A stretch of 63,536 nucleotides of DNA from an uncultured Rhizobium sp. (lineage in GTDB: Bacteria; Pseudomonadota; Alphaproteobacteria; Rickettsiales; UBA1997). The stretch is taken from positions 1-63,536 of the forward strand of contig CAYWVI010000003.1 in NCBI GenBank assembly GCA_964461905.1. The letters run 5' to 3'. Below, piece by piece: positions 38,108 to 47,630 of the stretch. The position numbers and the translations under genes are program-made. The stretch's first letter is position 1, and each line of letters begins with the position of its first letter. The notes below the pieces were generated by a model. The model was not told the DNA's origin and made no database searches. It saw nothing but the letters and a program-made list of their open reading frames with translations.

Positions 38108-38838
38108 TGTTTTTTTTCTGTAAAAAAGCTGCAGATTTTAAAATAATTCCAAAGCATATAGCCATTATTATGGATGGTAATGCAAGGTGGGCTAAAGCAA
38201 AATCTTTACCTGTTAAAGTTGGACATAAGGCTGGTTCTGAAAACGTAAAAAAGATCGCTGAAAGTTGTATGGATATTGGGGTTAAGAATCTTACAATTTA
38301 TGCATTTTCATCAGAAAATTGGGATCGACCAAAAGAAGAAGTAGAATACTTAATGAGTTTACTTGAAGAATATCTTGAAAAAGAAACCAAGCCTTTAATT
38401 GAAAAAGATATTCGTATTTTGATATCTGGAGACTTAACAAAGCTTACAGAATCAATTAAAAACAAAATTGCAGCAATTGAGAGTCAAACTAAAAATAATA
38501 AATCACTTACTTTAAACGTTGCATTTAGTTATGGTTCTAGACAAGAAATTGTTGATGCTTCAAAAAAAATAGCTTCTGAGGTAAAAGAAGAAAAAATTGC
38601 AATAAGCGAAATTACAGAACAATTATTTTGTCAAAATTTGTATCGTCCTGAAATTCCAGACCCAGAACTTCTTATCAGAACGGCTGGAGATTTAAGATTA
38701 AGTAACTTCTTATTATGGCAGTTAGCTTATGCGGAGTTTTATTTTACCAAGGTTTATTGGCCTGATTTTGGTAAAAAAGATTTAATTAGGGCTATTTTAG
38801 AGTTTAATAAAAGAGAGAGGAGATATGGCAAAAGATAG
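38107..38838 (+). CDS. uppS: Undecaprenyl diphosphate synthase
   Basis: PKHIAIIMDGNARWA, YAFSSENW.RP, IRTAG..RLSNFLLWQ. Confidence 0.96.
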   Translation: MFFFCKKAADFKIIPKHIAIIMDGNARWAKAKSLPVKVGHKAGSENVKKIAESCMDIGVKNLTIYAFSSENWDRPKEEVEYLMSLLEEYLEKETKPLIEKDIRILISGDLTKLTESIKNKIAAIESQTKNNKSLTLNVAFSYGSRQEIVDASKKIASEVKEEKIAISEITEQLFCQNLYRPEIPDPELLIRTAGDLRLSNFLLWQLAYAEFYFTKVYWPDFGKKDLIRAILEFNKRERRYGKR

Positions 38839-39559
38839 TTTGAAAAAAATACAAAAACTTGCGGGTTTTTTTATAAATTTATTTAATAAAATTGTTAGAG
38901 AGGTTCATAGTCTTGATCCAAAAGACAATACTAAGCAGCGTATAATTAGCGGTTTAGTAATGATACCAGTAGCAATTTATGCAATTTTTTATTCTAGAAG
39001 TGTCTTTTTATTTATTGCCGTTTCTGCTGCAGTTCTTATGGCTTTTGAATGGATTGACATTACTAAATCTGCAAAAGATCAGAAGAAATGGCGTTTGATA
39101 GGCTTTTTTTATATTTTAATTCCAACTTTTTCAGTCATAAAAATTCGTTTTTATGATGTCGATGTTTTGTTTTGGATGTTTGCTATTATTTGGTCTACCG
39201 ACATTTTTGCATTTTTTGCTGGTAGAATTTTAGGTGGTGCAAAGTTAATGCCTTCTGTTAGTCCAAATAAAACATGGTCTGGTCTTGCTGGTGGAGTTTT
39301 AGCAAGTGTTTTAATTGGTATTACAAGTTCGCTGATGTTTAAAGGCGGAATTTTATTTTTTGCTTTTTGGAGTGCCGTTCTTTCTTTAATTGAACAAGCT
39401 AGCGATTTATGTGAATCAAAAATTAAAAGAATTTTTGGAGTTAAAGATTCTGGAAATATTATTCCAGGTCATGGCGGGGTTCTTGATCGTCTTGATGGAA
39501 TGATTTTTGTTGCTCCAATAGTGTTGCTTCTAATCACATTTTTTGCTGATAAATTTTAG
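38825..39559 (+). CDS. cdsA: Phosphatidate cytidylyltransferase
   Basis: SPNKTWSG, KR..GVKDSG.IIPGHGGVLDRLDG. Confidence 0.95.
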   Translation: MAKDSLKKIQKLAGFFINLFNKIVREVHSLDPKDNTKQRIISGLVMIPVAIYAIFYSRSVFLFIAVSAAVLMAFEWIDITKSAKDQKKWRLIGFFYILIPTFSVIKIRFYDVDVLFWMFAIIWSTDIFAFFAGRILGGAKLMPSVSPNKTWSGLAGGVLASVLIGITSSLMFKGGILFFAFWSAVLSLIEQASDLCESKIKRIFGVKDSGNIIPGHGGVLDRLDGMIFVAPIVLLLITFFADKF

Positions 39560-39566
39560 GTTTTAA

Positions 39567-40346
39567 ATGAGCATTTTATCGGATAAATTTACTATTGCTG
39601 GTCACTCTTTTTCTTCTCGTTTATTGGTTGGAACTGGTAAATATAAAGATTTTCAAGAAACTGCTGCAGCAATTGAAGCTTCTGGAGCTGAAATTGTAAC
39701 AGTTGCAGTGCGTCGTGTAAATATTGAGAAGAAAGACGAGCCAATGTTACAGGATTTTCTTGATCCAAAAAAATATGTATATTTACCCAATACTGCTGGT
39801 TGTTTTACTTGTGACGAAGCTGTTAGAACTTTGCGTTTGGCTCGTGCTGCTGGTGGATGGAATTTAGTAAAACTAGAAGTTTTAGCTGACGAAAAAACTC
39901 TTTATCCAAAAGTTATTGAAACCATTAAAGCTGCAGAAATGCTAATAAAAGATGGTTTTGATGTGATGGTTTATACCTCAGATGATCCAATTGTGGCTAA
40001 AGAATTAGAAGATATTGGATGTTGTGCAATTATGCCATTGGCTGCTCCGATTGGTTCTGGATTGGGAATTCAAAATCGTTTAAATATAGAGTTTATTGTT
40101 GAGCAATCAAAAGTTCCTGTTCTTGTTGATGCTGGCGTTGGAACTGCTTCAGATGCTGCAATTGCAATGGAACTTGGATGTGATGGTGTGTTAATGAATA
40201 CTGCAATTGCCAAAGCCAAAAATCCAATCTTAATGGCAAAAGCAATGAAGTTGGCGATTGAAGCTGGTCGTTTGGCATATTTAGCTGGCAGAATGGAACC
40301 CAAAAAATTTGCCTCAGCTTCAAGCCCAAAAGCTGGATTGTTATAA
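39567..40346 (+). CDS. thiG: Thiazole synthase
   Basis: [44 protein letters not shown]. Confidence 0.97.
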   Translation: MSILSDKFTIAGHSFSSRLLVGTGKYKDFQETAAAIEASGAEIVTVAVRRVNIEKKDEPMLQDFLDPKKYVYLPNTAGCFTCDEAVRTLRLARAAGGWNLVKLEVLADEKTLYPKVIETIKAAEMLIKDGFDVMVYTSDDPIVAKELEDIGCCAIMPLAAPIGSGLGIQNRLNIEFIVEQSKVPVLVDAGVGTASDAAIAMELGCDGVLMNTAIAKAKNPILMAKAMKLAIEAGRLAYLAGRMEPKKFASASSPKAGLL

Positions 40347-40358
40347 AAAAATAATAAT

Positions 40359-41255
40359 ATGAATGTAATCAATGAATTTAAGGCGCGGTGTAGAATTTTT
40401 TTGCAAAAGTGGATTTGCCGTGGTGCCATAATATTTTTAGTTACGATTTGTAGTTTCAATAACTGTTTCTCGCAAGAAGGTCAACTTCCCACTGAATTTG
40501 ATAGCTATTGTCTTTACGCTGATACTAACGGTTTTTTAGATGAAACTCCAATAGAAAAGAAATTAGCTACTGAGCAATATTTAAAATATGATTTTTCAAA
40601 AGGTTTTGCACCTAGAAAATCAAAAGATGAGCTGTCTCTTGAAACTTCAATGAATCAATTTTTAGGTTTAATTGGTCAAGAATATCAGCGTCTCTACATT
40701 GTTTTTACAGAAGTTAAAAAAGACAAAGATAATCCAAAAATTTATAGAGTTGAAGGTTATACAAAAGTGAAGGGAAGTAAAAATAACTTTTCTGGGAATC
40801 TTACTATTGAGAAAATTTTAGTCTCAAAAGGTGGAAATATTACTGGAGTTGATAATATTATTCTTACTCAAAGCAAAGCAGGGCTGATTATTTTTGCTAA
40901 TTATGAATTTTTTGAAGATAAAAACCAAAAATTCTCAGGGAAATTTCAAGGAAAAATGTGGCTTGGTGGATTTATTGATATGAAAGACCAATTTTTTGCT
41001 GGAGATAACGATGTTTCTGATCAATTTAATGATGCAAGTCCATGTCCATTTGCAAGAAACAATCAATATGTAGGAACTTGGCAAAGCTATAAAACTTCTA
41101 AAATTAAAATTGCTAATTGGGGACAAAATCAAATTCCTGGAATTAAGGAAGAAGATGATCCAAGTGGTGGAGGAACAGGTTGTGGTGGTAATAAGGTTGA
41201 TCTAAAATATAATTCTAGAGGTTGGAGTGATGAAGAGCTGCCACCGAAATGTTAA
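40359..41255 (+). CDS. Secreted conserved hypothetical protein
   Basis: 298-aa ORF with N-terminal hydrophobic segment; NNQYVGTWQSYKT...NWG motif; no function assigned. Confidence 0.6.
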   Translation: MNVINEFKARCRIFLQKWICRGAIIFLVTICSFNNCFSQEGQLPTEFDSYCLYADTNGFLDETPIEKKLATEQYLKYDFSKGFAPRKSKDELSLETSMNQFLGLIGQEYQRLYIVFTEVKKDKDNPKIYRVEGYTKVKGSKNNFSGNLTIEKILVSKGGNITGVDNIILTQSKAGLIIFANYEFFEDKNQKFSGKFQGKMWLGGFIDMKDQFFAGDNDVSDQFNDASPCPFARNNQYVGTWQSYKTSKIKIANWGQNQIPGIKEEDDPSGGGTGCGGNKVDLKYNSRGWSDEELPPKC

Positions 41256-41375
41256 AACAGAAAAGAAAGAGTGAGGGTTGTGCTTATAACAAATTAAATA
41301 TTATACACTCGCATCTAACAAAATATTTTGAGGAAAAATTTCGACAAAAAACGAAGTTAGATGCGATTATAATTT

Positions 41376-41933
41376 TTATTTTTCTGCGTTCACTACAAAT
41401 GAAACTTCAACATTATCTTGAACTCCATTAGCTTTTTTTACATCGCTATTTCCAACTCCAAACGCGCTACGTTTAATTATAACTTTTCCTGTAGCTTTTG
41501 CTTTGTTAGAAGCTGGTTCTTCAAAAGAAAATTCCAAAGATGTTGGAACTGATTTTCCTTTAATCGTTAAAGTACCATCAGCAAGGAAATATTTTCCTTT
41601 AGAGCTGAATTTTTCTGCTACAAATGTTGCTTTTGGAAAGGCTTTAACAGAAAGCCATTCAGGGCTTTGAACTGTGCCAGAAGCTTCAGCAAGAGAAACT
41701 GTGATTGAACTCATATCTATATCAATTGCAACTTTGCTTTTAGAAAGTTGGTTTTTATCAAAGTTAATTTTTCCATCAAATTTTTTGAAATATCCTATGA
41801 TATTTGATCCATCTTGAGATACTTTAAAGTCGATCTTACTTTGATCTGGGACTATTTTCCAAGAAGTTACATCTGCTGCAGATGCTGATAAAGAAAATAA
41901 GAAAAGTGACGTAATCGTTATAAGTTTTTTCAT
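41376..41933 (-). CDS. YceI-family periplasmic lipid/polyisoprenoid-binding protein; start corrected to 41933
   Basis: Signal peptide; W.I.P..S.I.F, G.F.KF.G.I.FD, G.LTIKG, R..FG.G. Confidence 0.88.
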   Translation of the reverse strand: MKKLITITSLFLFSLSASAADVTSWKIVPDQSKIDFKVSQDGSNIIGYFKKFDGKINFDKNQLSKSKVAIDIDMSSITVSLAEASGTVQSPEWLSVKAFPKATFVAEKFSSKGKYFLADGTLTIKGKSVPTSLEFSFEEPASNKAKATGKVIIKRSAFGVGNSDVKKANGVQDNVEVSFVVNAEK

Positions 41934-41952
41934 AGTTATTTTGTAATAAAGG

Positions 41953-44322
41953 TTATTCACGCAAGGTTGCGTTGTAGTTTTTTGTGACTGATTCAATAAT
42001 TTTTTTACTGATTAAGTCAATTTCTTCAGAAGTAAGAGTTTTTTCAAGTGGTTGAATTTTAACTCGTAGCGCAACTGACTTTTTGTCTTCGGCAATATTT
42101 TTTCCACTAAAAATGTCAAAAATATTGACGCTAGTAATTAGTTGTTTTTCACAAGAGAAAATAGTTTTTGTAATATCACCAACGAGCTGATCTTTTGGCA
42201 GTATGAACGCAAAATCACGCTCAACTACTTGAAGATCATTACTAATATAAGGTTTGTTATTATAGGATTTTTTAGTTTGTGGTAGCGAATCAACAAATAT
42301 TTCGAATAAATTAACTCGATTTTTAATATCAAATTTTTTGGTAATATTTGGATGAACTTCACCAAAATATCCAACAATATTTTTGCCAAGTTTTAGTGAA
42401 GCAGAGCGGTGTGGATGATAATATTTGGGTAATTCGTTTGTATTAATTTGTAGGTTTTCAGCACGAAGTCCAAAAATCTCGACTACTTCAGCAAAATCTT
42501 TTTTTACATCAAAAACATCAAAATCACGCTCGTCATGAAAGTGGTTTTGCTCTTTATTTTTACCAGCGCGCAAACCAGCAATCATTAATTTTTGTTGATT
42601 TGTGAAAATATTTCCAATTTCAAATAATGATAAATTAGCAAAATTTCTGACTAGATTTTTGCGATAAGATTCAAGCAAACCAATTGCTAGAGTAGGGCGC
42701 ATATGGTTTAATTCAATGCTGATTGGATTCTTCAAAATTAAGTCAGGTTTTTTTTCGGTAAAAACTTCTACCAAATTTTCATCAACAAATGACCAGCTAA
42801 TTGTTTCAATCATACCAAGATTAGAAAGCTTTGATCTAACCTGATGAAGAATATTTATATTTTTACTAGCAGAATTTGTAACTGAAGGAATCTCTTTTTT
42901 TTCAATAGAATTATATCCAGAAATTCTCACAACTTCTTCTATTAAATCTTCAGAAATTGATATATCATGACGATGAGAAGGAATCTTTACTAGTAAGTTG
43001 TTATTAGAAATAATTTCTGTTTTAAATTCTAAATCAGATAAAATTTTGATTGTATTTTCTGTAGATACTTCAACTCCAATTAGTTTTTTGATTTTATCAA
43101 CATCAAAAGAAATTTCTTTGATGGGTGATTTTTCACCAATGATTTTTACTTCCGAAGCTTCTCCACCACAAATTTCAAGAATCAGTTTTGTGGCTAACTC
43201 AATTCCAGTTTCGCAAGTTGATTCGTCAACTCCGCGCTCAAAACGAAATCTTGCATCAGAGAGAATATTTAATTTTCTTCCTGTATAAGATATCGAGGAA
43301 GGTTTAAAAAATGCTGATTCTAATAAAATGTCTGAACTATCTAAATCACAACCAGAGCTAGATGAACCAGTAATTCCTGCTAATCCAATTACTTTTTTAT
43401 CATCAGCAATTACCAACATTTTTTCATCTAAAGTAAATTCATCATTTTTAAGAGAGATAAATTTTTCATTTTGTGAAGCTAAACGAATGGTTACATCGCC
43501 GTTGATTTTATTGGCATCGTAAGCATGCATTGGGCGATTTAGAGTTAGCATTACATAGTTTGTAATATCAACAATTGCTGAAATTGAGTTAATGCCAACG
43601 GAAGCTAATTTTTCTTTTAACCATTTTGGTGATTCGCAATTTTTAACATTTCTTATTTGACGAAAAGCAGCGTAGCTACAAGATTCAATTGCAGAATTAT
43701 TTATAGAAATTGTTGGAAGAAATTTTGAGTCTGTTTTTGTGATTTGTGTATTTTTCAATTTACCAATTCCAGTTGCCGCCAAATCACGTGCAACTCCTAT
43801 CACTCCCAAACAATCTCCTCGATTTGGTGTTACATTAATTTCAATTATAGCATCATTTAATCCAAAAACTTCTGTAATTTTTGTGCCAATTTCCCATTTT
43901 TCATCAATTTCAATAATACCTTCATCATCAACTCCAATTTCTAACTCGCGAGCTGAACACAACATTCCATTACTTTCAACTCCTGCAATTTTGGCTTTTT
44001 TAATAAGCATTTGATTGGCTGGAATTAGTGCGCCAATTGGTGCATAGGCAACTTTTAATCCTGAACGTGCATTTTTTGCACCACAAATAATTTGTAAAAG
44101 AGAGTTAGAATCACCAGTTTGAACTTGGCAAATTTTCAGTTTATCAGAATTTTCATGAGGTTTAGCCTCAATAATTTTTGCAACGCTAAAAGGTGTTAGA
44201 ATTTTTGCTTTATCTTCAACTGACTCAACTTCTAATCCAATGCTGGTAAGTTTATTGCAGATTTCTTCAAGAGGTGCGGAAGTTTCTAAATATTCTTTAA
44301 GCCAAGAAAGAGAGAATTTCAT
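41953..44322 (-). CDS. pheT: Phenylalanyl-tRNA synthetase beta subunit
   Basis: MKFSLSWL, CGAKNAR, ESNGMLCS, TPNRGDCL, RFERGVD, RDFAF. Confidence 0.97.
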   Translation of the reverse strand: MKFSLSWLKEYLETSAPLEEICNKLTSIGLEVESVEDKAKILTPFSVAKIIEAKPHENSDKLKICQVQTGDSNSLLQIICGAKNARSGLKVAYAPIGALIPANQMLIKKAKIAGVESNGMLCSARELEIGVDDEGIIEIDEKWEIGTKITEVFGLNDAIIEINVTPNRGDCLGVIGVARDLAATGIGKLKNTQITKTDSKFLPTISINNSAIESCSYAAFRQIRNVKNCESPKWLKEKLASVGINSISAIVDITNYVMLTLNRPMHAYDANKINGDVTIRLASQNEKFISLKNDEFTLDEKMLVIADDKKVIGLAGITGSSSSGCDLDSSDILLESAFFKPSSISYTGRKLNILSDARFRFERGVDESTCETGIELATKLILEICGGEASEVKIIGEKSPIKEISFDVDKIKKLIGVEVSTENTIKILSDLEFKTEIISNNNLLVKIPSHRHDISISEDLIEEVVRISGYNSIEKKEIPSVTNSASKNINILHQVRSKLSNLGMIETISWSFVDENLVEVFTEKKPDLILKNPISIELNHMRPTLAIGLLESYRKNLVRNFANLSLFEIGNIFTNQQKLMIAGLRAGKNKEQNHFHDERDFDVFDVKKDFAEVVEIFGLRAENLQINTNELPKYYHPHRSASLKLGKNIVGYFGEVHPNITKKFDIKNRVNLFEIFVDSLPQTKKSYNNKPYISNDLQVVERDFAFILPKDQLVGDITKTIFSCEKQLITSVNIFDIFSGKNIAEDKKSVALRVKIQPLEKTLTSEEIDLISKKIIESVTKNYNATLRE

Positions 44323-44334
44323 GTAGATTATTAA

Positions 44335-44817
44335 TTAATGAATGACTTTTTCAAAATCATTTATTGCTTGATCGATCAGCTTTTCATGATTTGAAGCATT
44401 CAAATCCTTATCAATATTGGATGATAAATTATCGACAGCAGAATTTACGATACGATTTTTTATTTCACGTATAGCTATCGCTTCTTCCATCTTGATTCTT
44501 TCCATTGCGGCAGATGTTTTTTTAGAGATTTCAATTTCCATCATTTCAGCTGCTTCTTCAGCAAATTTTTTGGCTTCATTTTCAGCATCTTGTAAAAGTT
44601 TTGCAGCGTAATTTTCAGAATCTTCCAAATGTTTTTCCGCTTTAATAAGAAGTGCTGCTGCACGTTCTTTCATTTCTTTTGCGGCAAGAATTTCTTCGGC
44701 AATTAATTTGGCTTTTTCTTCAATAGATTTTGTGATTTTTCTACCAGCAATCTTAATGATTAAAGCGATGAAAGTAATAAATGTGACTGCAAGCCAGAAT
44801 TTTGGATCGTGAAACAT
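44335..44817 (-). CDS. atpF: ATP synthase F0 subunit b
   Basis: DPKFWLAVTF N-terminal TM followed by coiled coil; operon position. Confidence 0.9.
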   Translation of the reverse strand: MFHDPKFWLAVTFITFIALIIKIAGRKITKSIEEKAKLIAEEILAAKEMKERAAALLIKAEKHLEDSENYAAKLLQDAENEAKKFAEEAAEMMEIEISKKTSAAMERIKMEEAIAIREIKNRIVNSAVDNLSSNIDKDLNASNHEKLIDQAINDFEKVIH

Positions 44818-44829
44818 GAGATGATTTTT

Positions 44830-45249
44830 TTAAGTGAGTAATTTTTCTTTAATTTTTTGCGAAAGATTTTTGATAGCTAATTCGCTCTCAGATTTTGATT
44901 TTGTAATAAAATCTTTTAGTTCATTGCGTGATTTTTCAGTGATCTGTTCAACCTTATGTTTTAGATCTTCTAACATTTTTTCTCTTTTAAGAGATGAATC
45001 TTTGGCAACTTCTTCAAGTTTAGTTTGATATTTGCTATTAGCCTCTTTTCGTAGAGCTTCAGTTTTTTTGTTTAAAGAAGATATTTTGTCATTTATATCA
45101 GCTGCGCTAGAGTTGTCGGCATCAATAACTGTTTTTCTATCTTTTAGGATATTGCGAATTCTTGGCAAAATGATAGTGCTTGCATAAACATAAAGAGTTA
45201 TGAAGCAAATGAAGAACCAGAAAAGTTGTGTTAAATCTAATTTAGGCAT
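44830..45249 (-). CDS. atpX: ATP synthase F0 subunit b'
   Basis: MPKLD..QLFW, PRI..IL..R; lies between atpE and atpF. Confidence 0.88.
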   Translation of the reverse strand: MPKLDLTQLFWFFICFITLYVYASTIILPRIRNILKDRKTVIDADNSSAADINDKISSLNKKTEALRKEANSKYQTKLEEVAKDSSLKREKMLEDLKHKVEQITEKSRNELKDFITKSKSESELAIKNLSQKIKEKLLT

Positions 45250-45260
45250 GATGAGATTTT

Positions 45261-45292
45261 AAAAAATTGCCGGAAGTTTGATCTTCCGGCAA
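45261..45292 (-). terminator. Hairpin/terminator between atpE and b' (could favour excess c subunit)
   Basis: TTGCCGGAAG...CTTCCGGCAA; T run on the minus strand. Confidence 0.7.
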
Positions 45293-45299
45293 AAAGTGA

Positions 45300-45593
45300 T
45301 TATTTCATGATCAAAATTGCAACGATCAAAGCAAATACACCCATAGCTTCTGCAAATGCAGCAGCGATATAAATGTATTTTTTTAACTCGTTGGCAGCTG
45401 ATGGATTTCTTGCAATGCTATTAAAGAAAGATCCGAAGATATTTCCAATACCAATTGCAGCTCCAGCCATACCAAGAGCGCAAAGACCAGCTCCGATATA
45501 TTTGAAAGAGTCATATTGACTTGCTGCTAAAGTTGCAACTTCTGCTGCTACTACTGCAGCTTCTGCTGCTGTTGCTGCTACTTCTGCTACCAT
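45300..45593 (-). CDS. atpE: ATP synthase F0 subunit c with Ala-rich N-terminal extension
   Basis: GAAIGIGNIFG, ARNP, FAEAMG (ion-binding Glu); AGGT RBS before the ATG at 45593. Confidence 0.95.
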   Translation of the reverse strand: MVAEVAATAAEAAVVAAEVATLAASQYDSFKYIGAGLCALGMAGAAIGIGNIFGSFFNSIARNPSAANELKKYIYIAAAFAEAMGVFALIVAILIMK

Positions 45594-45683
45594 GTTTTAC
45601 CTATTTATTAAAGTTTAAGATTATTCGCTAAAAACCCATTGATCGGGATTTATTTGACCCGCGAATAGAAAGATCAAATTTGG

Positions 45684-46433
45684 TTAATGTTCTTTTACTA
45701 CGTCTCCTAAGTAAGCACAAACAAGAATTGCAAATATATAAGCTTGAATGCCAGCAACAAAGAACTCAAAGCCCATCATTGCCAAGGCAAATATGAAAGG
45801 CATAGTTCCAAAGATAACTCCTAATGAAATTATAAAACCGGCAATAACTTTTAGAAGAACGTGTCCAGCTACCATGTTAGCGCAAAGACGTAAAGATAAA
45901 GTTGCTGGTCTAACCAAAAATGAAAAAAGTTCTAAGATAAAAATTACTGGAGCAATTAAAATAGGAACTCCGCTTGGTAAAAACATGTGTAAAAATCCAC
46001 CAACACCATTTCGAACAATCGCAAAAATTGTAACTGTAAAAAATGAAATTAAAGCCATTGCAAGTGTGATTGGTAATTGGCTTGTGGCAGTGAAGCTGTA
46101 TGGAGTGAGACCAAGAAGGTTACACATGAAGATGAAAGTGAAAAGAGTAAAAATCAAAGGGAAGAATTTTTCACCTTCTTCTCCTATTGAACCCTTAATC
46201 ATGTCGTGCAAAAAGCCATAAACTGATTCGGCAATTACTTGCGCTTTTGAAGGAATTAAAGATTTTTTTCTGGTGGCAAAAAGCATTAAGCCAATAATAA
46301 GGATGGTAGAAATTACCATATAAAGAGCAGAGTTGGTGAAGCTAATATCAAAACCTGCAAGCTGTAAATCGAAGAGTTTATTTACTTCAAATTGTGCTAA
46401 AGGACCATGATTATCGTGAGACTGAGCGGACAT
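45684..46433 (-). CDS. atpB: ATP synthase F0 subunit a
   Basis: PLAQFE, FTNSA, LSLRLCANM.AGH, QAYIF..L. Confidence 0.96.
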   Translation of the reverse strand: MSAQSHDNHGPLAQFEVNKLFDLQLAGFDISFTNSALYMVISTILIIGLMLFATRKKSLIPSKAQVIAESVYGFLHDMIKGSIGEEGEKFFPLIFTLFTFIFMCNLLGLTPYSFTATSQLPITLAMALISFFTVTIFAIVRNGVGGFLHMFLPSGVPILIAPVIFILELFSFLVRPATLSLRLCANMVAGHVLLKVIAGFIISLGVIFGTMPFIFALAMMGFEFFVAGIQAYIFAILVCAYLGDVVKEH

Positions 46434-46584
46434 TGGAAAATTTGTTGGATTTTTTAAAATTCTTTCATGATCTTAGATAAAGATACTAATCAAGTGAGAA
46501 GAACTTAAATTTTTACTAAATCGAATTTAGTATGCCTAAAAAAAGAGACGGGCAAAATATTTTTTTAACCCAAGAAGTCAAGTT

Positions 46585-47088
46585 ATGAAATGTGCTATTA
46601 GACACTTATTGTTGATTTCTTTTTTATTGATTTCCTTTGGAGTTTCAGCTCAAGAGTTGCAAGGAAAATTCCAAGACTGGAATGTTTTTAAAATTGATCG
46701 AGGCGATAAAACAGTATGTTATCTTGCATCAACTCCAATAAAGCGTGATGGCAATTATGATAAAAGAGGCGAATCATTTTTTTTAGTAACAAATATTGAA
46801 AATGATGCTGATGAGGTTAGTACTTCGGCTGGCTTTGTTTATAACAAAAATTCAAATGTAGAGGTTTCGTTTGGTTCAAAAAAATTCTATCTTTTTCCAT
46901 ATCGCGCGATGGCTTGGGCAAATGATAAAAATGATGATTTAGATGTTATAAAAGAAATGCAAAAGCATGATGATATGATAGTTAGCGGTGTGGCACATGA
47001 TGGTAAAGTTTCTGCTGATACTTATTCTTTAATTGGATTTGTTCAGGCTTATAAAAAAATGAGACAAGTTTGTGAGGACGCTCAATGA
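46585..47088 (+). CDS. Invasion-associated locus B (IalB) family protein
   Basis: Signal peptide; G.F.DW.V, C...S.P, D.YSLIGF..AY...C. Confidence 0.8.
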   Translation: MKCAIRHLLLISFLLISFGVSAQELQGKFQDWNVFKIDRGDKTVCYLASTPIKRDGNYDKRGESFFLVTNIENDADEVSTSAGFVYNKNSNVEVSFGSKKFYLFPYRAMAWANDKNDDLDVIKEMQKHDDMIVSGVAHDGKVSADTYSLIGFVQAYKKMRQVCEDAQ

Positions 47089-47612
47089 TGAGTGATGTAT
47101 TTTTAACAATCAAAAATGCCGCTCCCATTTTGCTAATGATTTTTGTGGCGGTTTTTTGTCTAATTATCCTTGCTAGGATTATTCTAACTTTTTTGTTAGA
47201 TCAGGCTTATAAGCGATATTTGTTACTAAAAAAAGCTAGTAAAAAAATTATTCATTCTAGTACAAAGAGGTTTCGAAAAGAAGATGAAGAATTGATGCTC
47301 AAAAAAGATGAAATTCCTCGCGCTCATTCAGAAGTCAAGGCCGAGCTAAGAAAGCGTGGAGCACAAAGTGGTAGTTATGAAATTATTGAATCTCAAGATA
47401 GAGAGTTTGAAAAACAAGAAATGAACAGCATTGATATTGTTGATATTGTAAAGCCAATTGGTTTTTGGACGTCAATGATTTTAGGTCAGAAATTGACTTA
47501 TTTAATTCAGTCTGCACAAATTTTAAATAAACGTGGTGATAAAGGTTTTTGGGCAAGTATGATTGAAGCAAAAGAGCGTGAAGCTGGAAGGCAACATTCT
47601 CGTGGTCGCTAA
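47085..47612 (+). CDS. Single-TM hypothetical protein with duplicated GFWxSMI motif
   Basis: 175-aa ORF; N-terminal TM; basic C-terminus RQHSRGR. Confidence 0.65.
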   Translation: MMSDVFLTIKNAAPILLMIFVAVFCLIILARIILTFLLDQAYKRYLLLKKASKKIIHSSTKRFRKEDEELMLKKDEIPRAHSEVKAELRKRGAQSGSYEIIESQDREFEKQEMNSIDIVDIVKPIGFWTSMILGQKLTYLIQSAQILNKRGDKGFWASMIEAKEREAGRQHSRGR

Positions 47613-47630
47613 CTATAATCAATAAAAATA

